A DNA stretch of 34,448 bases from Desulfobacteraceae bacterium (GCA_011389605.1 JAABTZ010000001.1:1-34448), one strand, 5' to 3'. Positions 9,105 through 18,450 are shown, counted from the first letter of the stretch. The notes: generated by a model from the sequence alone, not told the origin. Numbers and translations: made by a program.

Positions 9105-9163
9105 TTTATAATCCAAAAGCCTGACTTTCGTCAATACAAACTTTTGTTCGATATTACCGAATA
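9105..9163 (-). promoter_or_regulatory. Putative dctP promoter with an upstream IclR-type box
   Basis: Minus strand TTGACG (9134-9129), 18 nt, TATAAA (9110-9105). Box TGTTCG-atattac-CGAATA at 9145-9163 is 14/19 identical to 4606-4624. Confidence 0.55.
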
Positions 9164-10846
9164 TTATTCACTTACCTTTTTCGCAGCTTTCTGCCTTTCC
9201 TTATCCTGGAGCTGGCGCCACTGTATTTTCCCGGTCCCGCTTTTGGGCAATTGCTCCACAAACTCAACCATGCGGGGATACCTATAGGCAGCCATCTGCT
9301 GTTTGGCCCAGTCGATTATGTCCTGTTCAGACACCCGGCCTTCATACCCTCCTGCCAGAACAACAAAAGCCTTGACGTTTTCCACCCTCACAGGATCGCA
9401 AACACCAATTACACAGGCCTCGGATATGGCCGGATGCTGATAAAGCACCCCTTCTATCTCTGTTGGCCAGACCTTGTAGCCGGCAGCATTTATCATGCGC
9501 TTGCTGCGGTCCACTATATAAAAATAGCCTTCCTTATCCATGTAGCAAATATCGCCTGTTCGCAAAAACAGCTTGCCGTCTATAGATACAAAGGTTTTTT
9601 CGTTTTCCTCAGGCCTGTTCCAGTAGCCTTCCATGACTTCCGGGCCGTTTATTACCAGCTCTCCTTGTTTTTCCGGGCCAAGCTCCCCGGCTGTATCGAG
9701 ATCAATGATGCGGGCATCCACTCCGAAATCCGGAATTCCGATGCACTGCAGCTTGGGCCGGTCCGGGGGATTAAAATGGGTCTGGGAAATGGTTTCGGTC
9801 ATTCCGTAGCCTTCCACGTATTGCAGACCGGTAAGATCAAAAAGTTTTTTGCCCACAGCCTCGGGCAGGGGGGCACCGCCTCCTCCGATAATCATAAGAG
9901 AGCTCAAATCCCGGCTGCCTATGTCCGGATCATTTAATATATCAACAACCATGGTGGTAATATTTGTCCAGTGGGTGCATCTGTAATGTTCAATGGCTGA
10001 AACTGCCGCCTGGCGGTCCCAACGGGTGAGCATGACCATTGTCGCCCCTGCATATACAGGAGCCAGCATGCTGTGGACCAGGCCGGTGACATGAAACAGG
10101 GGAAGGGTGGCAAGCATGACATTGCCGGCCACCATGTTGTGCCAGACCGCCGAGCTCACTGTATTGGAAATAATCGTGGCATGAGTGTGCACACAGCCTT
10201 TTGGCACTCCCGTGGAGCCGGAGGTGTAAGGCAGCATGGCCATGTCCTCACAACCCGTCTCCGGCAGCGGCAGGTCAGCATCTGTATTTTCCAGGCAACG
10301 TTTCCATGGCAAGACATTTTCTGTGTCGATTTGCGGATCGGCCTGCATGGCTTCAGGAACGGGCAGCTCAGGTTTTTCGGGCAGATAATCAGCATAGCAG
10401 CCTACGATGATATTGCTGAGCTGGCTTTGCTCCTTAACATTTATAAGCTTGTGTTGCAGGTCCGCAGTGGTTATGGCAGCCACAGCGCCGCTGTCTGCAA
10501 GAAGCTGTAGCACTTCTCTTTCGTTAAGCATTGGATTGACAGGCACCACCACTGCATTGATCCGCAAAATACTGTAAAAACCAACTACAAAATGGGGCGT
10601 GTTCTGTAAATACAATGCTACCCTATCACCTTTTTTAACCCCCATTCCGTAAAGCATTACAGCCATCCTGTGCATCTCATCCAGCAGACGGCTGTAGGAA
10701 ATAACCGAGCCGTAATACAGGATTGCAGGACTGTCAGGGTACCTGCGGGCCGAGGTTTCCAGAAATTCAAAAACCGGCACCCTTGGATAGACCAGTTCCC
10801 GGGGAACTCTTTTGGGCCAGAAAGCAAAATGGGCGGTATTTTTCAT
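9164..10846 (-). CDS. Long-chain-fatty-acid--CoA ligase (AMP-forming)
   Basis: P-loop YTSGSTGVPKG, EGYGMTE, RTGD and A10 motif LPKSGTGK. AAGGAGG RBS before ATG 10846. Confidence 0.93.
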   Translation of the reverse strand: MKNTAHFAFWPKRVPRELVYPRVPVFEFLETSARRYPDSPAILYYGSVISYSRLLDEMHRMAVMLYGMGVKKGDRVALYLQNTPHFVVGFYSILRINAVVVPVNPMLNEREVLQLLADSGAVAAITTADLQHKLINVKEQSQLSNIIVGCYADYLPEKPELPVPEAMQADPQIDTENVLPWKRCLENTDADLPLPETGCEDMAMLPYTSGSTGVPKGCVHTHATIISNTVSSAVWHNMVAGNVMLATLPLFHVTGLVHSMLAPVYAGATMVMLTRWDRQAAVSAIEHYRCTHWTNITTMVVDILNDPDIGSRDLSSLMIIGGGGAPLPEAVGKKLFDLTGLQYVEGYGMTETISQTHFNPPDRPKLQCIGIPDFGVDARIIDLDTAGELGPEKQGELVINGPEVMEGYWNRPEENEKTFVSIDGKLFLRTGDICYMDKEGYFYIVDRSKRMINAAGYKVWPTEIEGVLYQHPAISEACVIGVCDPVRVENVKAFVVLAGGYEGRVSEQDIIDWAKQQMAAYRYPRMVEFVEQLPKSGTGKIQWRQLQDKERQKAAKKVSE

Positions 10847-11049
10847 GCCTTCCTCCTTTGGCAAATGGCCAGGAACCAAATAAACAATGTTTTTACCATA
10901 GCATAGTTGATGATTTATAAAAACACCGCTTTTTTTGTCTCATGATTTTTTTCAGGAGATTATTTCTTGACCCTGGTGCCGGTTTCTGGGAAAGTCATTT
11001 ATAATCAAGCCGATATGATCGACGGTAACACATAAGGAGAAAAACAGAT

Positions 11050-12969
11050 ATGGATCTGAAAAAATACTGCCCTGATAAGCTTCTGTCGCCTGAAAATGCT
11101 GTTAGAAAAATCAAAAACGGCAGCAGGATTTTCATAGGGACGGGCTGCGGGGAGCCCCAGCAGCTGATCCGCGCCATGGTAGAAGACGAAGGCATCCAGG
11201 ACATAGTGGTCTATCAGATGCTGTCTTCAACTTTTGCCCAGTATATAAATGATCCGTACTTTACCACCCGGTTTTCCCTGAAGCTTTTTTTTATAAGCCT
11301 GCACATGAGACAGGCGGCTTTTGAGGGAAAGATAGACTATCTTCCGGCCTACCTTTCCCAGATCCCGGATTTGTTCAACACCCGGCAGATCGGCCTGGAT
11401 GTTGCCCTGGTGCAGGTAAGCCCCCCGGATAGATTCGGCTACTGCAGCCTGGGTATTTCCGTGGACATAACGGTTTCAGGCATGAACAATGCCCCCCTTG
11501 TAATCGCCCAGGTCAATCCGCGCATGCCGCGCACATGGGGTGACGGGTTTGTGCATGTGGATGATATAGATTTTCTGGTTCCATATGAAGAACCCCTTGT
11601 TGCAGCCCTGCCCAATGCCAAAAATCAGGAAATCGTTGAGCGTATCTCAAAATACATCAATCAGCTGGTCGACGATGGCTCAACTCTGCAGGTGGGCTTC
11701 GGCCACCTGCCCAATAACATCCTTCCCCATCTGGCCGGCAAAAAAGATCTGGGTATCCACACCCAGGTTATCACCGATGGGTTTCTCCCCTTGTTTGAAC
11801 AAAATGTCATAACAAACAAGAAAAAATCATATCTGCCCAACCGCGTGGTAACTTCATTATGCATGGGATCAGAACAGCTCTATAAATTCATGGACAACAA
11901 CCCCATGTTTTACTTCCGGGAGGCCGATTTTGTAAACGATCCAAACATTATAGCCAAAAACGATAATCTCATCTCAATCAGTTCAGCCCTTGAAATCGAT
12001 CTGACCGGCCAGATCTGCACGGACTCCAAAGGGTATATATTTTACAGCGGCATCGGTGATCAGGTGGATTTCATCCGGGGCAGCAAAATGTCAAAAAACG
12101 GTTTTTCCATAATCGCCCTTCCCTCAACTGCCCAGGAGGGCCAGGTATCGCGCATTGTGCCTCACCTGAGCGAAGGCGCAGGCGTTGCAACCACCCGGGG
12201 CGACGTGGATGTTGTGGTAACAGAATACGGGATTGCCGAACTGCACGGCAAAGGAATATACCAGCGTGTCATGGAGCTGGCCCAAATAGCCCATCCCAAG
12301 TTTCGCGAATGGCTAATTGAAGAAGCCAAGAAGCGGCATTACATATTCGGCGACCAGATCCCGCCCAGCAATCAGGATCTCATGTTTCTGGAAAACTATA
12401 AGTCCCACATGGAGCTTGAAAGCGGCAAAACCGTTGAGTTCAGGCCTCTTTTGCCTTCAGATGAATTTGCCACCCGCAATTTCTACTACTCGCTGCAGGA
12501 GAGTACCGTATTTTATCGTTTTTTTTACCGGCGCAAAATCTTTTCCCGGGAAATGCTTCAAAAACAATGGGCCTCGGTGGACTACCACCAGAACATGACC
12601 ATCATCGGCATAGTCCAGCGCGGCAAGCATAAAGAAATTATAGCCATCGGCTCCTACGGTCAGGCGGAAAAGGATGTGGCCGAAGTTGCCTTTGTTGTCA
12701 AAGAGGACCACCAGGGCCTTGGATTGGGAAGCTACATGCTCCAGAGGCTGGAAAAAATAGCAATGGAAAACAAGTACAAGGCCTTTACCGCAACAGTGTT
12801 AAATGAAAACAAGGCCATGGTAACGGTTTTTGAAAAACGCTACCCCCATGCAAAGATTAAACGTGGATTCAGCGGGGAGCTGGATATCTACATGCCCTTT
12901 GAAACACAGGAAAAATCAGAAAAACCCGAAAATCAGGAAAATCAGGAAAATCAGGAAACCCCTGAATGA
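11050..12969 (+). CDS. Fusion of an acetyl-CoA hydrolase/family I CoA-transferase-like domain and a C-terminal GNAT (Pat-like) acetyltransferase
   Basis: N-part: DVALVQVSPPD..SLGISVD, LQVGFG, LGIHTQ, SGIGDQVDF, VVTEYGIA. C-part: FRPLLPSD..YRFF, AEVAFVV..HQGLGLGS. AAGGAG RBS. Confidence 0.9.
   Translation: MDLKKYCPDKLLSPENAVRKIKNGSRIFIGTGCGEPQQLIRAMVEDEGIQDIVVYQMLSSTFAQYINDPYFTTRFSLKLFFISLHMRQAAFEGKIDYLPAYLSQIPDLFNTRQIGLDVALVQVSPPDRFGYCSLGISVDITVSGMNNAPLVIAQVNPRMPRTWGDGFVHVDDIDFLVPYEEPLVAALPNAKNQEIVERISKYINQLVDDGSTLQVGFGHLPNNILPHLAGKKDLGIHTQVITDGFLPLFEQNVITNKKKSYLPNRVVTSLCMGSEQLYKFMDNNPMFYFREADFVNDPNIIAKNDNLISISSALEIDLTGQICTDSKGYIFYSGIGDQVDFIRGSKMSKNGFSIIALPSTAQEGQVSRIVPHLSEGAGVATTRGDVDVVVTEYGIAELHGKGIYQRVMELAQIAHPKFREWLIEEAKKRHYIFGDQIPPSNQDLMFLENYKSHMELESGKTVEFRPLLPSDEFATRNFYYSLQESTVFYRFFYRRKIFSREMLQKQWASVDYHQNMTIIGIVQRGKHKEIIAIGSYGQAEKDVAEVAFVVKEDHQGLGLGSYMLQRLEKIAMENKYKAFTATVLNENKAMVTVFEKRYPHAKIKRGFSGELDIYMPFETQEKSEKPENQENQENQETPE
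12928..12954 (+). repeat. 9-bp tandem repeat (GAAAATCAG)x3 encoding ENQENQENQ
   Basis: Three exact copies, in frame, at the C-terminus of the GNAT fusion. Confidence 0.85.
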
Positions 12970-12993
12970 AAAACTTGTAAAAAACCGCTTTTA

Positions 12994-13110
12994 GGCGGCT
13001 TTATAAAAAGACAGAGATCAATGCACGCAATTATCTAAAAATACAGTGTTCTTAGCCTTACGTGAAATTATGAGGGGAGATACCGAACAACGCAGATATT
13101 GATATTTACT
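12994..13110 (-). repeat. Degenerate copy of the TIR repeat element seen at 23949-24050
   Basis: AATACAGTGTTCTTAGCCTTACGTGAAATT (13040-13069) and AACGCAGATATTG (13089-13101) match the reverse complement of the 23949 element (AATGCAGAGTACTTAGCCGTACGTGAAATT; AACGCAGATATTG). Boundaries approximate. Confidence 0.65.
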
Positions 13111-13113
13111 GCG

Positions 13114-14631
13114 TCACCCTGAATAAAGGTTCTTAATTTTTTCCCGGTCAGGGGTCCCATCGTCTTTTAAGGGAAGATCGGTTACGATCTCAACATGATG
13201 GGGCTTTTTATACCTGGCTATGCGCCGGCCCACAAACTCGATAAGCTCGGCTGCATCCAGGCTGGCTCGGGGCTTTAACAGGCATACCGCCTTGATACCT
13301 TCTTTCCATTTCAGATCAGGTACGCCGAAAACAACAGTCATTTCCACGGCCGGATGCTCCAGGATAACTTTTTCAACTTCTGCCGGATAAACGTTTTCTC
13401 CGCCCGGTTTGATCAATTCCTTTTCCGGCATGCGACCTGCGTAAAACAAAAACCCGTTTTCGTCAAAACGCCCCTTATCCCCGGTATGATGCCAGCCTCC
13501 GCGAAAGGTTTCAGCATTGTCTTCCGGCAGGCTCCAGTACCCCTTAAACACCATGGGCCCTTTCATTACAATCTCACCGGCTTGACCGGGAGCAAGAAAA
13601 CGGCCTGCCTCATCGACTGTGCGTACATCTGCGAGCACAACCGGCTTTCCTGCAGAACCCGGCGCATCATTGTACCGGCCTATAGTTGCCAGCATGGCTG
13701 TTTCGGTCTGGCCGTACATGCAATAATAGGTGCCGCCGGTCACCTTCTGATACTCACTGATGTCTTCCGGCGTTCCAAGTCCGGCAACGGTTTTAAGTGA
13801 TGAAATGTCTTTTTTTTCTTCTTTTGCGCTTTTTAAAAGCGAAGCCAGTATGGGGGGAAAATCAAAAAGCAGGGACACCCTGAATTCTTCAATCAGCCCG
13901 ACTGCCATGCCTGCATCAAACCGGTTCATGTTCACGTTTAAAGCACCTGCCTGAAATGCGGCAACAGCCATGAAAAGACCGGCCACGTGAAACAGGGGCA
14001 GCATGCTTAAATGAACATCTTTTTCAGATAGACCAAAATAATAATCCAGGTGAAGTCCTGCGCACAATAAATTGGAGTGACTTAAAACAGCACCCCGCGG
14101 CCGGCCTGCCACGGCTGCAGTATGAATTATTACAAAAGAATCCTCACTGCCGGCAGCTCCGAGGCCCCCGGCGGGCCCTGCATCCAACAGGGAGGCAAAA
14201 GTTCCGAAATTCCCGGCATCAGATTTTAAATTGTAGCATTTGCTCAAAGACAGCAAGTCCATCAGCCTTTCCCGGATCAACTCCTGGAATTCAGCGTCTG
14301 CAAATAAAAGCTTTGGCGAGCAATCATTTAAGTTAAAACAAACCTCATCGGCACTCAGCCGCCAGTTGACCGGAAGCATCACTGCGCCCAGGGCTGCAGC
14401 CGCTCCGTAGAGCAGGAAATACTCGGTACTGTTTTTGCCCAGCACGCCTATCCGGTCTCCTTTTTCAATGCCTGCGGCCTTCAACCCGCCGGCCAGCAAA
14501 TCAACCCTTTCTTTCAGCCGGGCAAATGTCAGGACTTTTTTCTCACAGGCTTCGTACCACGCCCGCTCGGACGGAAATACCGCGGCATTGCGGCAGATCA
14601 AATCATAGAATGTAAAGTCATAAAGTCCCAT
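13114..14631 (-). CDS. AMP-binding acyl-CoA synthetase family protein with atypical motifs
   Basis: LPLFHVAG, YGQTET, HHTGD and IKPGGENVYPAEVE. The P-loop reads HTAAVAGRPRG and A10 reads LPLKDDGT. Confidence 0.9.
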   Translation of the reverse strand: MGLYDFTFYDLICRNAAVFPSERAWYEACEKKVLTFARLKERVDLLAGGLKAAGIEKGDRIGVLGKNSTEYFLLYGAAAALGAVMLPVNWRLSADEVCFNLNDCSPKLLFADAEFQELIRERLMDLLSLSKCYNLKSDAGNFGTFASLLDAGPAGGLGAAGSEDSFVIIHTAAVAGRPRGAVLSHSNLLCAGLHLDYYFGLSEKDVHLSMLPLFHVAGLFMAVAAFQAGALNVNMNRFDAGMAVGLIEEFRVSLLFDFPPILASLLKSAKEEKKDISSLKTVAGLGTPEDISEYQKVTGGTYYCMYGQTETAMLATIGRYNDAPGSAGKPVVLADVRTVDEAGRFLAPGQAGEIVMKGPMVFKGYWSLPEDNAETFRGGWHHTGDKGRFDENGFLFYAGRMPEKELIKPGGENVYPAEVEKVILEHPAVEMTVVFGVPDLKWKEGIKAVCLLKPRASLDAAELIEFVGRRIARYKKPHHVEIVTDLPLKDDGTPDREKIKNLYSG

Positions 14632-14711
14632 GAGATTTTCCAGTTTACCCCGCTTAAATTAATTGAAAAACAAAGCCTATGCCATCGGTTTTCCGCTCCT
14701 TGCCCTTCTGC

Positions 14712-15113
14712 TCACTTCACGGTCTTCACGGTGGTCACAGGGCATGGTGCTTTTAAAATGATATACTGGGCTGTGGAGCCGAGAATAATTTTCTGTGCCT
14801 TGGACTTTTTCTTTATTCCCACAAAGATCAGATCAATATCGTTTTCCGCTGCGAACCGGACAAGATCCTCTCCTGGAGTCATGCCCCGGGCCAGTTGATG
14901 GATTTCGCACTCAACCCCCTTGTCTTTGATCAACTGACTTGCCTCCACCAGACGGCTTTCAACCCGGGCGATTTCCTCCATGGATTCACTGGAGCCGCCG
15001 CCCATGGAAGTCATGATCAGCACGCTGGCATTGAAAAACCGGGCATGCTCGCCAGCCAGGGCCAGAGCCGCCTTTGCAGCATCAGTATCGTTGTATCCAA
15101 CCAGAATTTTCAT
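14712..15113 (-). CDS. Universal stress protein (UspA family)
   Basis: MKILVGY, DLIFVG and ILGSTAQYIILKAPCPV motifs. Confidence 0.93.
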   Translation of the reverse strand: MKILVGYNDTDAAKAALALAGEHARFFNASVLIMTSMGGGSSESMEEIARVESRLVEASQLIKDKGVECEIHQLARGMTPGEDLVRFAAENDIDLIFVGIKKKSKAQKIILGSTAQYIILKAPCPVTTVKTVK

Positions 15114-15147
15114 TGCCTTATTCCTTCCTAAACCGAGCGTTTACAGG

Positions 15148-15972
15148 CTACATCCAGCGCTTGCGCCGCTTATAGGACTTGATTTCCTTAAAGGACTTGC
15201 GTCCGCCGCCCTGGGTCAGACCCATGTAAAATTCCTTTACATCCGGGTTGTTTTTCAACTGTTCAGAGGGGCCTTCCAGCACGATCTTGCCCGATTCCAT
15301 GATGTAGGCGTAACTGGAAACCTCAAGGGCGATCCTGGCATTCTGCTCCACGACCAGAATGGTAGTGTTCATCTGCTTGTTTATCAGCACGATATTTTCA
15401 AAAATTTCCTTTACCAAAAGCGGTGCCAGTCCGAGGGACGGCTCATCTAGCATGAGCATTCGGGGCGCACCCATCAAAGCCCTTGCAATGGCTATCATCT
15501 GCTGCTCGCCGCCGGAGCAATAGCCGGCAAGCCGGTTGGTGATATTGTAAAGCCGGGGAAAATGCCGGTACATAAGTTCATGATCTTCGCGGATTTTCTG
15601 CTGACCGTCCTTGCGGGTAATGGATCCCACCCTTATGTTTTCATCCACGGTCAGGTGTTTGAAAATATGGCGCCCTTCAGGCACCATCACCGCACCGAGC
15701 CGCACTACATGAGTTCCTAAAACATTTGTAATGTCTTTGCCCTGAAACCTGATATAGCCGTCGCGGATATGGCCGTTTTCAGGCTTGAGCAACCCGCTTA
15801 TTGCCCGCAGCGTGGTGGTTTTGCCCGCGCCGTTGGTCCCCAGAAGCGCTACAATGCCGCCTTCGTGGACATGCAGACTTACACCCCTTAATACCTGAAC
15901 AATGTCGTTGTAGACCACCTCTATATTGTTGACTTCCAGCAGGTGTCCGTTGGCTTTTTCATCCATGAGCAT
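15148..15972 (-). CDS. ABC transporter ATP-binding protein, LivF-like
   Basis: Walker A GTNGAGKTT, VPEGR, SGGEQQM and LDEPSLGLAP. Confidence 0.95.
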   Translation of the reverse strand: MLMDEKANGHLLEVNNIEVVYNDIVQVLRGVSLHVHEGGIVALLGTNGAGKTTTLRAISGLLKPENGHIRDGYIRFQGKDITNVLGTHVVRLGAVMVPEGRHIFKHLTVDENIRVGSITRKDGQQKIREDHELMYRHFPRLYNITNRLAGYCSGGEQQMIAIARALMGAPRMLMLDEPSLGLAPLLVKEIFENIVLINKQMNTTILVVEQNARIALEVSSYAYIMESGKIVLEGPSEQLKNNPDVKEFYMGLTQGGGRKSFKEIKSYKRRKRWM

Positions 15973-16001
15973 TAATACCCGCGATTAATCGATTGGCACC
16001 A

Positions 16002-16039
16002 AAGGCGGACCGCAGGTCAAGCCTTTACGGATCCGCCTT
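16002..16039. other. Intercistronic stem-loop downstream of the binding-protein gene
   Basis: AAGGCGGA-CCG pairs with CGG-A-TCCGCCTT. Confidence 0.5.
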
Positions 16040-16055
16040 CAGCCTGTTTTTTACT

Positions 16056-17285
16056 CTACTTCTTTATCTTTTCTGTATATTCCGGAATAAAAGGCTTGCC
16101 CACAGCCCTGAACTCACCATCCTGGACGGCATACAACTGCAGGGTATCAACCCCCTGGTGATCGTCTTTGGAATAAGTCACCGGGCCCACGGTGGTCACA
16201 GGGTAAAAGGCATTCATGCCGTTCATTTCAAGCATTTCCTGATAAAGAGTCTCCTTGTTGATTTCATTACCCCTGGCCTTGGCCCGGCGTATTGCTTCTG
16301 CGGCCACCTGGGCCACCATCACACCGTTTGCGTAGTTGTGGGAATTGGCCGCCTTGTCATCCCTGCCGTAGCGTTTTGCCAGTGCAAGCTGTGCGTCTGC
16401 CCCCGCACCCGGCTCTGATGTAACAATATAAGAGGTAGTCCAGTAAAAATTCTCGGCTGCATCCCCGGCAAGGGCTATTAAGTCATTGCCGCCTGTGTAA
16501 TGGGCACCGAGAAACGTAATCTTGTCCTTTTCACCAAATTTTCCTGCCACCAGCCCAAGGCGGCTGGCGTCCTTTAACATCCCTGCCACCGGCGACTGCA
16601 CGGTCTGGGAAATGACGTACTGCACGTTCTTGCTTTTCCAGCGCTGGAGCATGGCCGTGTTGTCAAGATCCTGTCCGTGCTCCACTACTTCAACGATTTC
16701 AATATCCAGGCCGGCCTTGATGCTTTTTTCAATATCTTCCACCGGTCCGCGGCCAAAGGCAGAAGGATGGATAAACATGGCCACCTTGGGAGTTTTGCCC
16801 TCATGTTTTCTTACCAGATACTCTGCCAGGCCGATGGCCTGGGCGGAATAGGAGGCAATGGGCAGAAAAATGTAGTCAGAGCCCTCAATGTTGCCGGCAT
16901 GAAAAGATGCCGGCATGGTGGGCATTTTCACCTCGTCAAAATCCCTTTTCAACGCAAGGGTGCTGCCTGTTGAATAATTTAGATAAAAGACAATGCCCAT
17001 GTCCAGGTATTCTTCGAAATTGCGCTTGGTAATGGAAGTTTCATACTTGTCATCCCGGATGGTGCATTCAATGGTGTCATCACCGAGCAGTTTCATATCA
17101 TTTACATAACGGAAATAATCTTCCACTCCCTTGGCATAAGGATTGCCCGCATCCGAGGTCGGACCCGTAATGGCCAGAGAAAGACCAAGCTTGTAAACAT
17201 TGCCGGCAACGGCTGAAACCGGCAGAGCCATCATCAAGACTGCTGCTGCCACCATTATGCAGGTGGTAAATTTCAATGACTTCAT
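16056..17285 (-). CDS. ABC transporter substrate-binding protein, LivJ/LivK-like
   Basis: Signal peptide, AITGPTSDAG, DDKYE and SAFGR motifs; AAGGAGG RBS. Confidence 0.92.
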   Translation of the reverse strand: MKSLKFTTCIMVAAAVLMMALPVSAVAGNVYKLGLSLAITGPTSDAGNPYAKGVEDYFRYVNDMKLLGDDTIECTIRDDKYETSITKRNFEEYLDMGIVFYLNYSTGSTLALKRDFDEVKMPTMPASFHAGNIEGSDYIFLPIASYSAQAIGLAEYLVRKHEGKTPKVAMFIHPSAFGRGPVEDIEKSIKAGLDIEIVEVVEHGQDLDNTAMLQRWKSKNVQYVISQTVQSPVAGMLKDASRLGLVAGKFGEKDKITFLGAHYTGGNDLIALAGDAAENFYWTTSYIVTSEPGAGADAQLALAKRYGRDDKAANSHNYANGVMVAQVAAEAIRRAKARGNEINKETLYQEMLEMNGMNAFYPVTTVGPVTYSKDDHQGVDTLQLYAVQDGEFRAVGKPFIPEYTEKIKK

Positions 17286-17352
17286 TTCCCCCTCCTTGCT
17301 TTGGTTGATTTCAGGGGATGCTCATCCCCCTTGATAAACATCCCGGGCCGGA

Positions 17353-18447
17353 TCAGTACCTAAACGGCCAGAGTTTTAAATAAGTGCGCAGAATTCGCCA
17401 CCAGTTGGCAATACCGCGCGGCTCAAACATCAAAAACAACACGATGACCAGACCAAAACTCAAAGGGCGCAGGCCAGTGGCCAGATCCAGGGCAGAGGGC
17501 AGTATGTGGCCGGCCCATTCGGCCAGGTGCTCCATTTGCAGATCCAGGATTTCAATGGCCGCAGGGCCGAAAAAACAGCCTGTAAGCTGACCCATGCCAC
17601 CCACTATTGTCATGGCCAGATACTGAATCGACTCATGGAGGGTAAAAGTTTCAAACCCCGCACCCCGGTCCAGGTAAGCCTGCATGGCTCCGGCAATGCC
17701 TGCAAAAAAACCAGCCAGGCCAAAGGCAAAAACCTTTGCCAGGCCAGGATGCATGCCCATGGCATCGGCTGCCCGGTCATTGTCGCGAACCGCAACCAGG
17801 CTCCTCCCGTAGCGCGTGCGCAGCAGGTTGCGCACCCCGAAGCCGCATATAACAACTGTTACCAAAAGCACATAATACCAAAACAGATAATGCTCATTTC
17901 TTCCCACTTCCCCGGTAAGCCAGTGTACCCGGCCCACGTAGATAAACTGCCCCTGGTTAAAAAAGTTCAAGAATCCTATCGTCCATTCAAATATCATCTG
18001 AAAGGAAAGCGTTGCCATGAGCAGGTATAGATGTCTCAGCCTCAGGGCCGGCAGGCCCACTATCAGGCCGAAAATCGCCCCCATTAGTCCGGCGCCTATT
18101 ATCATCAAAGGCCATCCGTGGGTAATAAGCATGTGCTGCTCGCCAATGACTCCGGCCAAAGATGCCACTGTATAGGCTCCAACACCCACGAATGCCGCAT
18201 GACCCACCGAGATCAGACCGCCGAATCCAAGCACCAGATTCAGGCCGTAAACAGCAATTACCGCAATCAGGATATTGTCTAAAACCAGCATGTACTTGGT
18301 GCTCAGGTCGATAAAAAACGGCCAGACGAAAAATGCGGTCAAGAACAGACAAAACACAAGCCGGTCCAGGTGAGTGGAAAAAATCCGCTGCTCTTCCCTG
18401 TAGGTTGTAAAATAATTGCCTGTGGCAAACCAACGATTTGCTGACAT
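17353..18447 (-). CDS. ABC transporter permease, LivM-like
   Basis: GLNLVLGFGGLISVGHAAFVGVGAY, PALRLRHLYL, GRSLVAVRDN and FEPRGI motifs. Confidence 0.93.
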   Translation of the reverse strand: MSANRWFATGNYFTTYREEQRIFSTHLDRLVFCLFLTAFFVWPFFIDLSTKYMLVLDNILIAVIAVYGLNLVLGFGGLISVGHAAFVGVGAYTVASLAGVIGEQHMLITHGWPLMIIGAGLMGAIFGLIVGLPALRLRHLYLLMATLSFQMIFEWTIGFLNFFNQGQFIYVGRVHWLTGEVGRNEHYLFWYYVLLVTVVICGFGVRNLLRTRYGRSLVAVRDNDRAADAMGMHPGLAKVFAFGLAGFFAGIAGAMQAYLDRGAGFETFTLHESIQYLAMTIVGGMGQLTGCFFGPAAIEILDLQMEHLAEWAGHILPSALDLATGLRPLSFGLVIVLFLMFEPRGIANWWRILRTYLKLWPFRY

Positions 18448-18450
18448 AAG

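Noticed and set aside
12979-13003. Bidirectional intrinsic terminator between the convergent GNAT fusion and ligase genes
   Set aside because: The stem is only about 4 bp (CCGC/GCGG) and overlaps the degenerate TIR, too weak to call.
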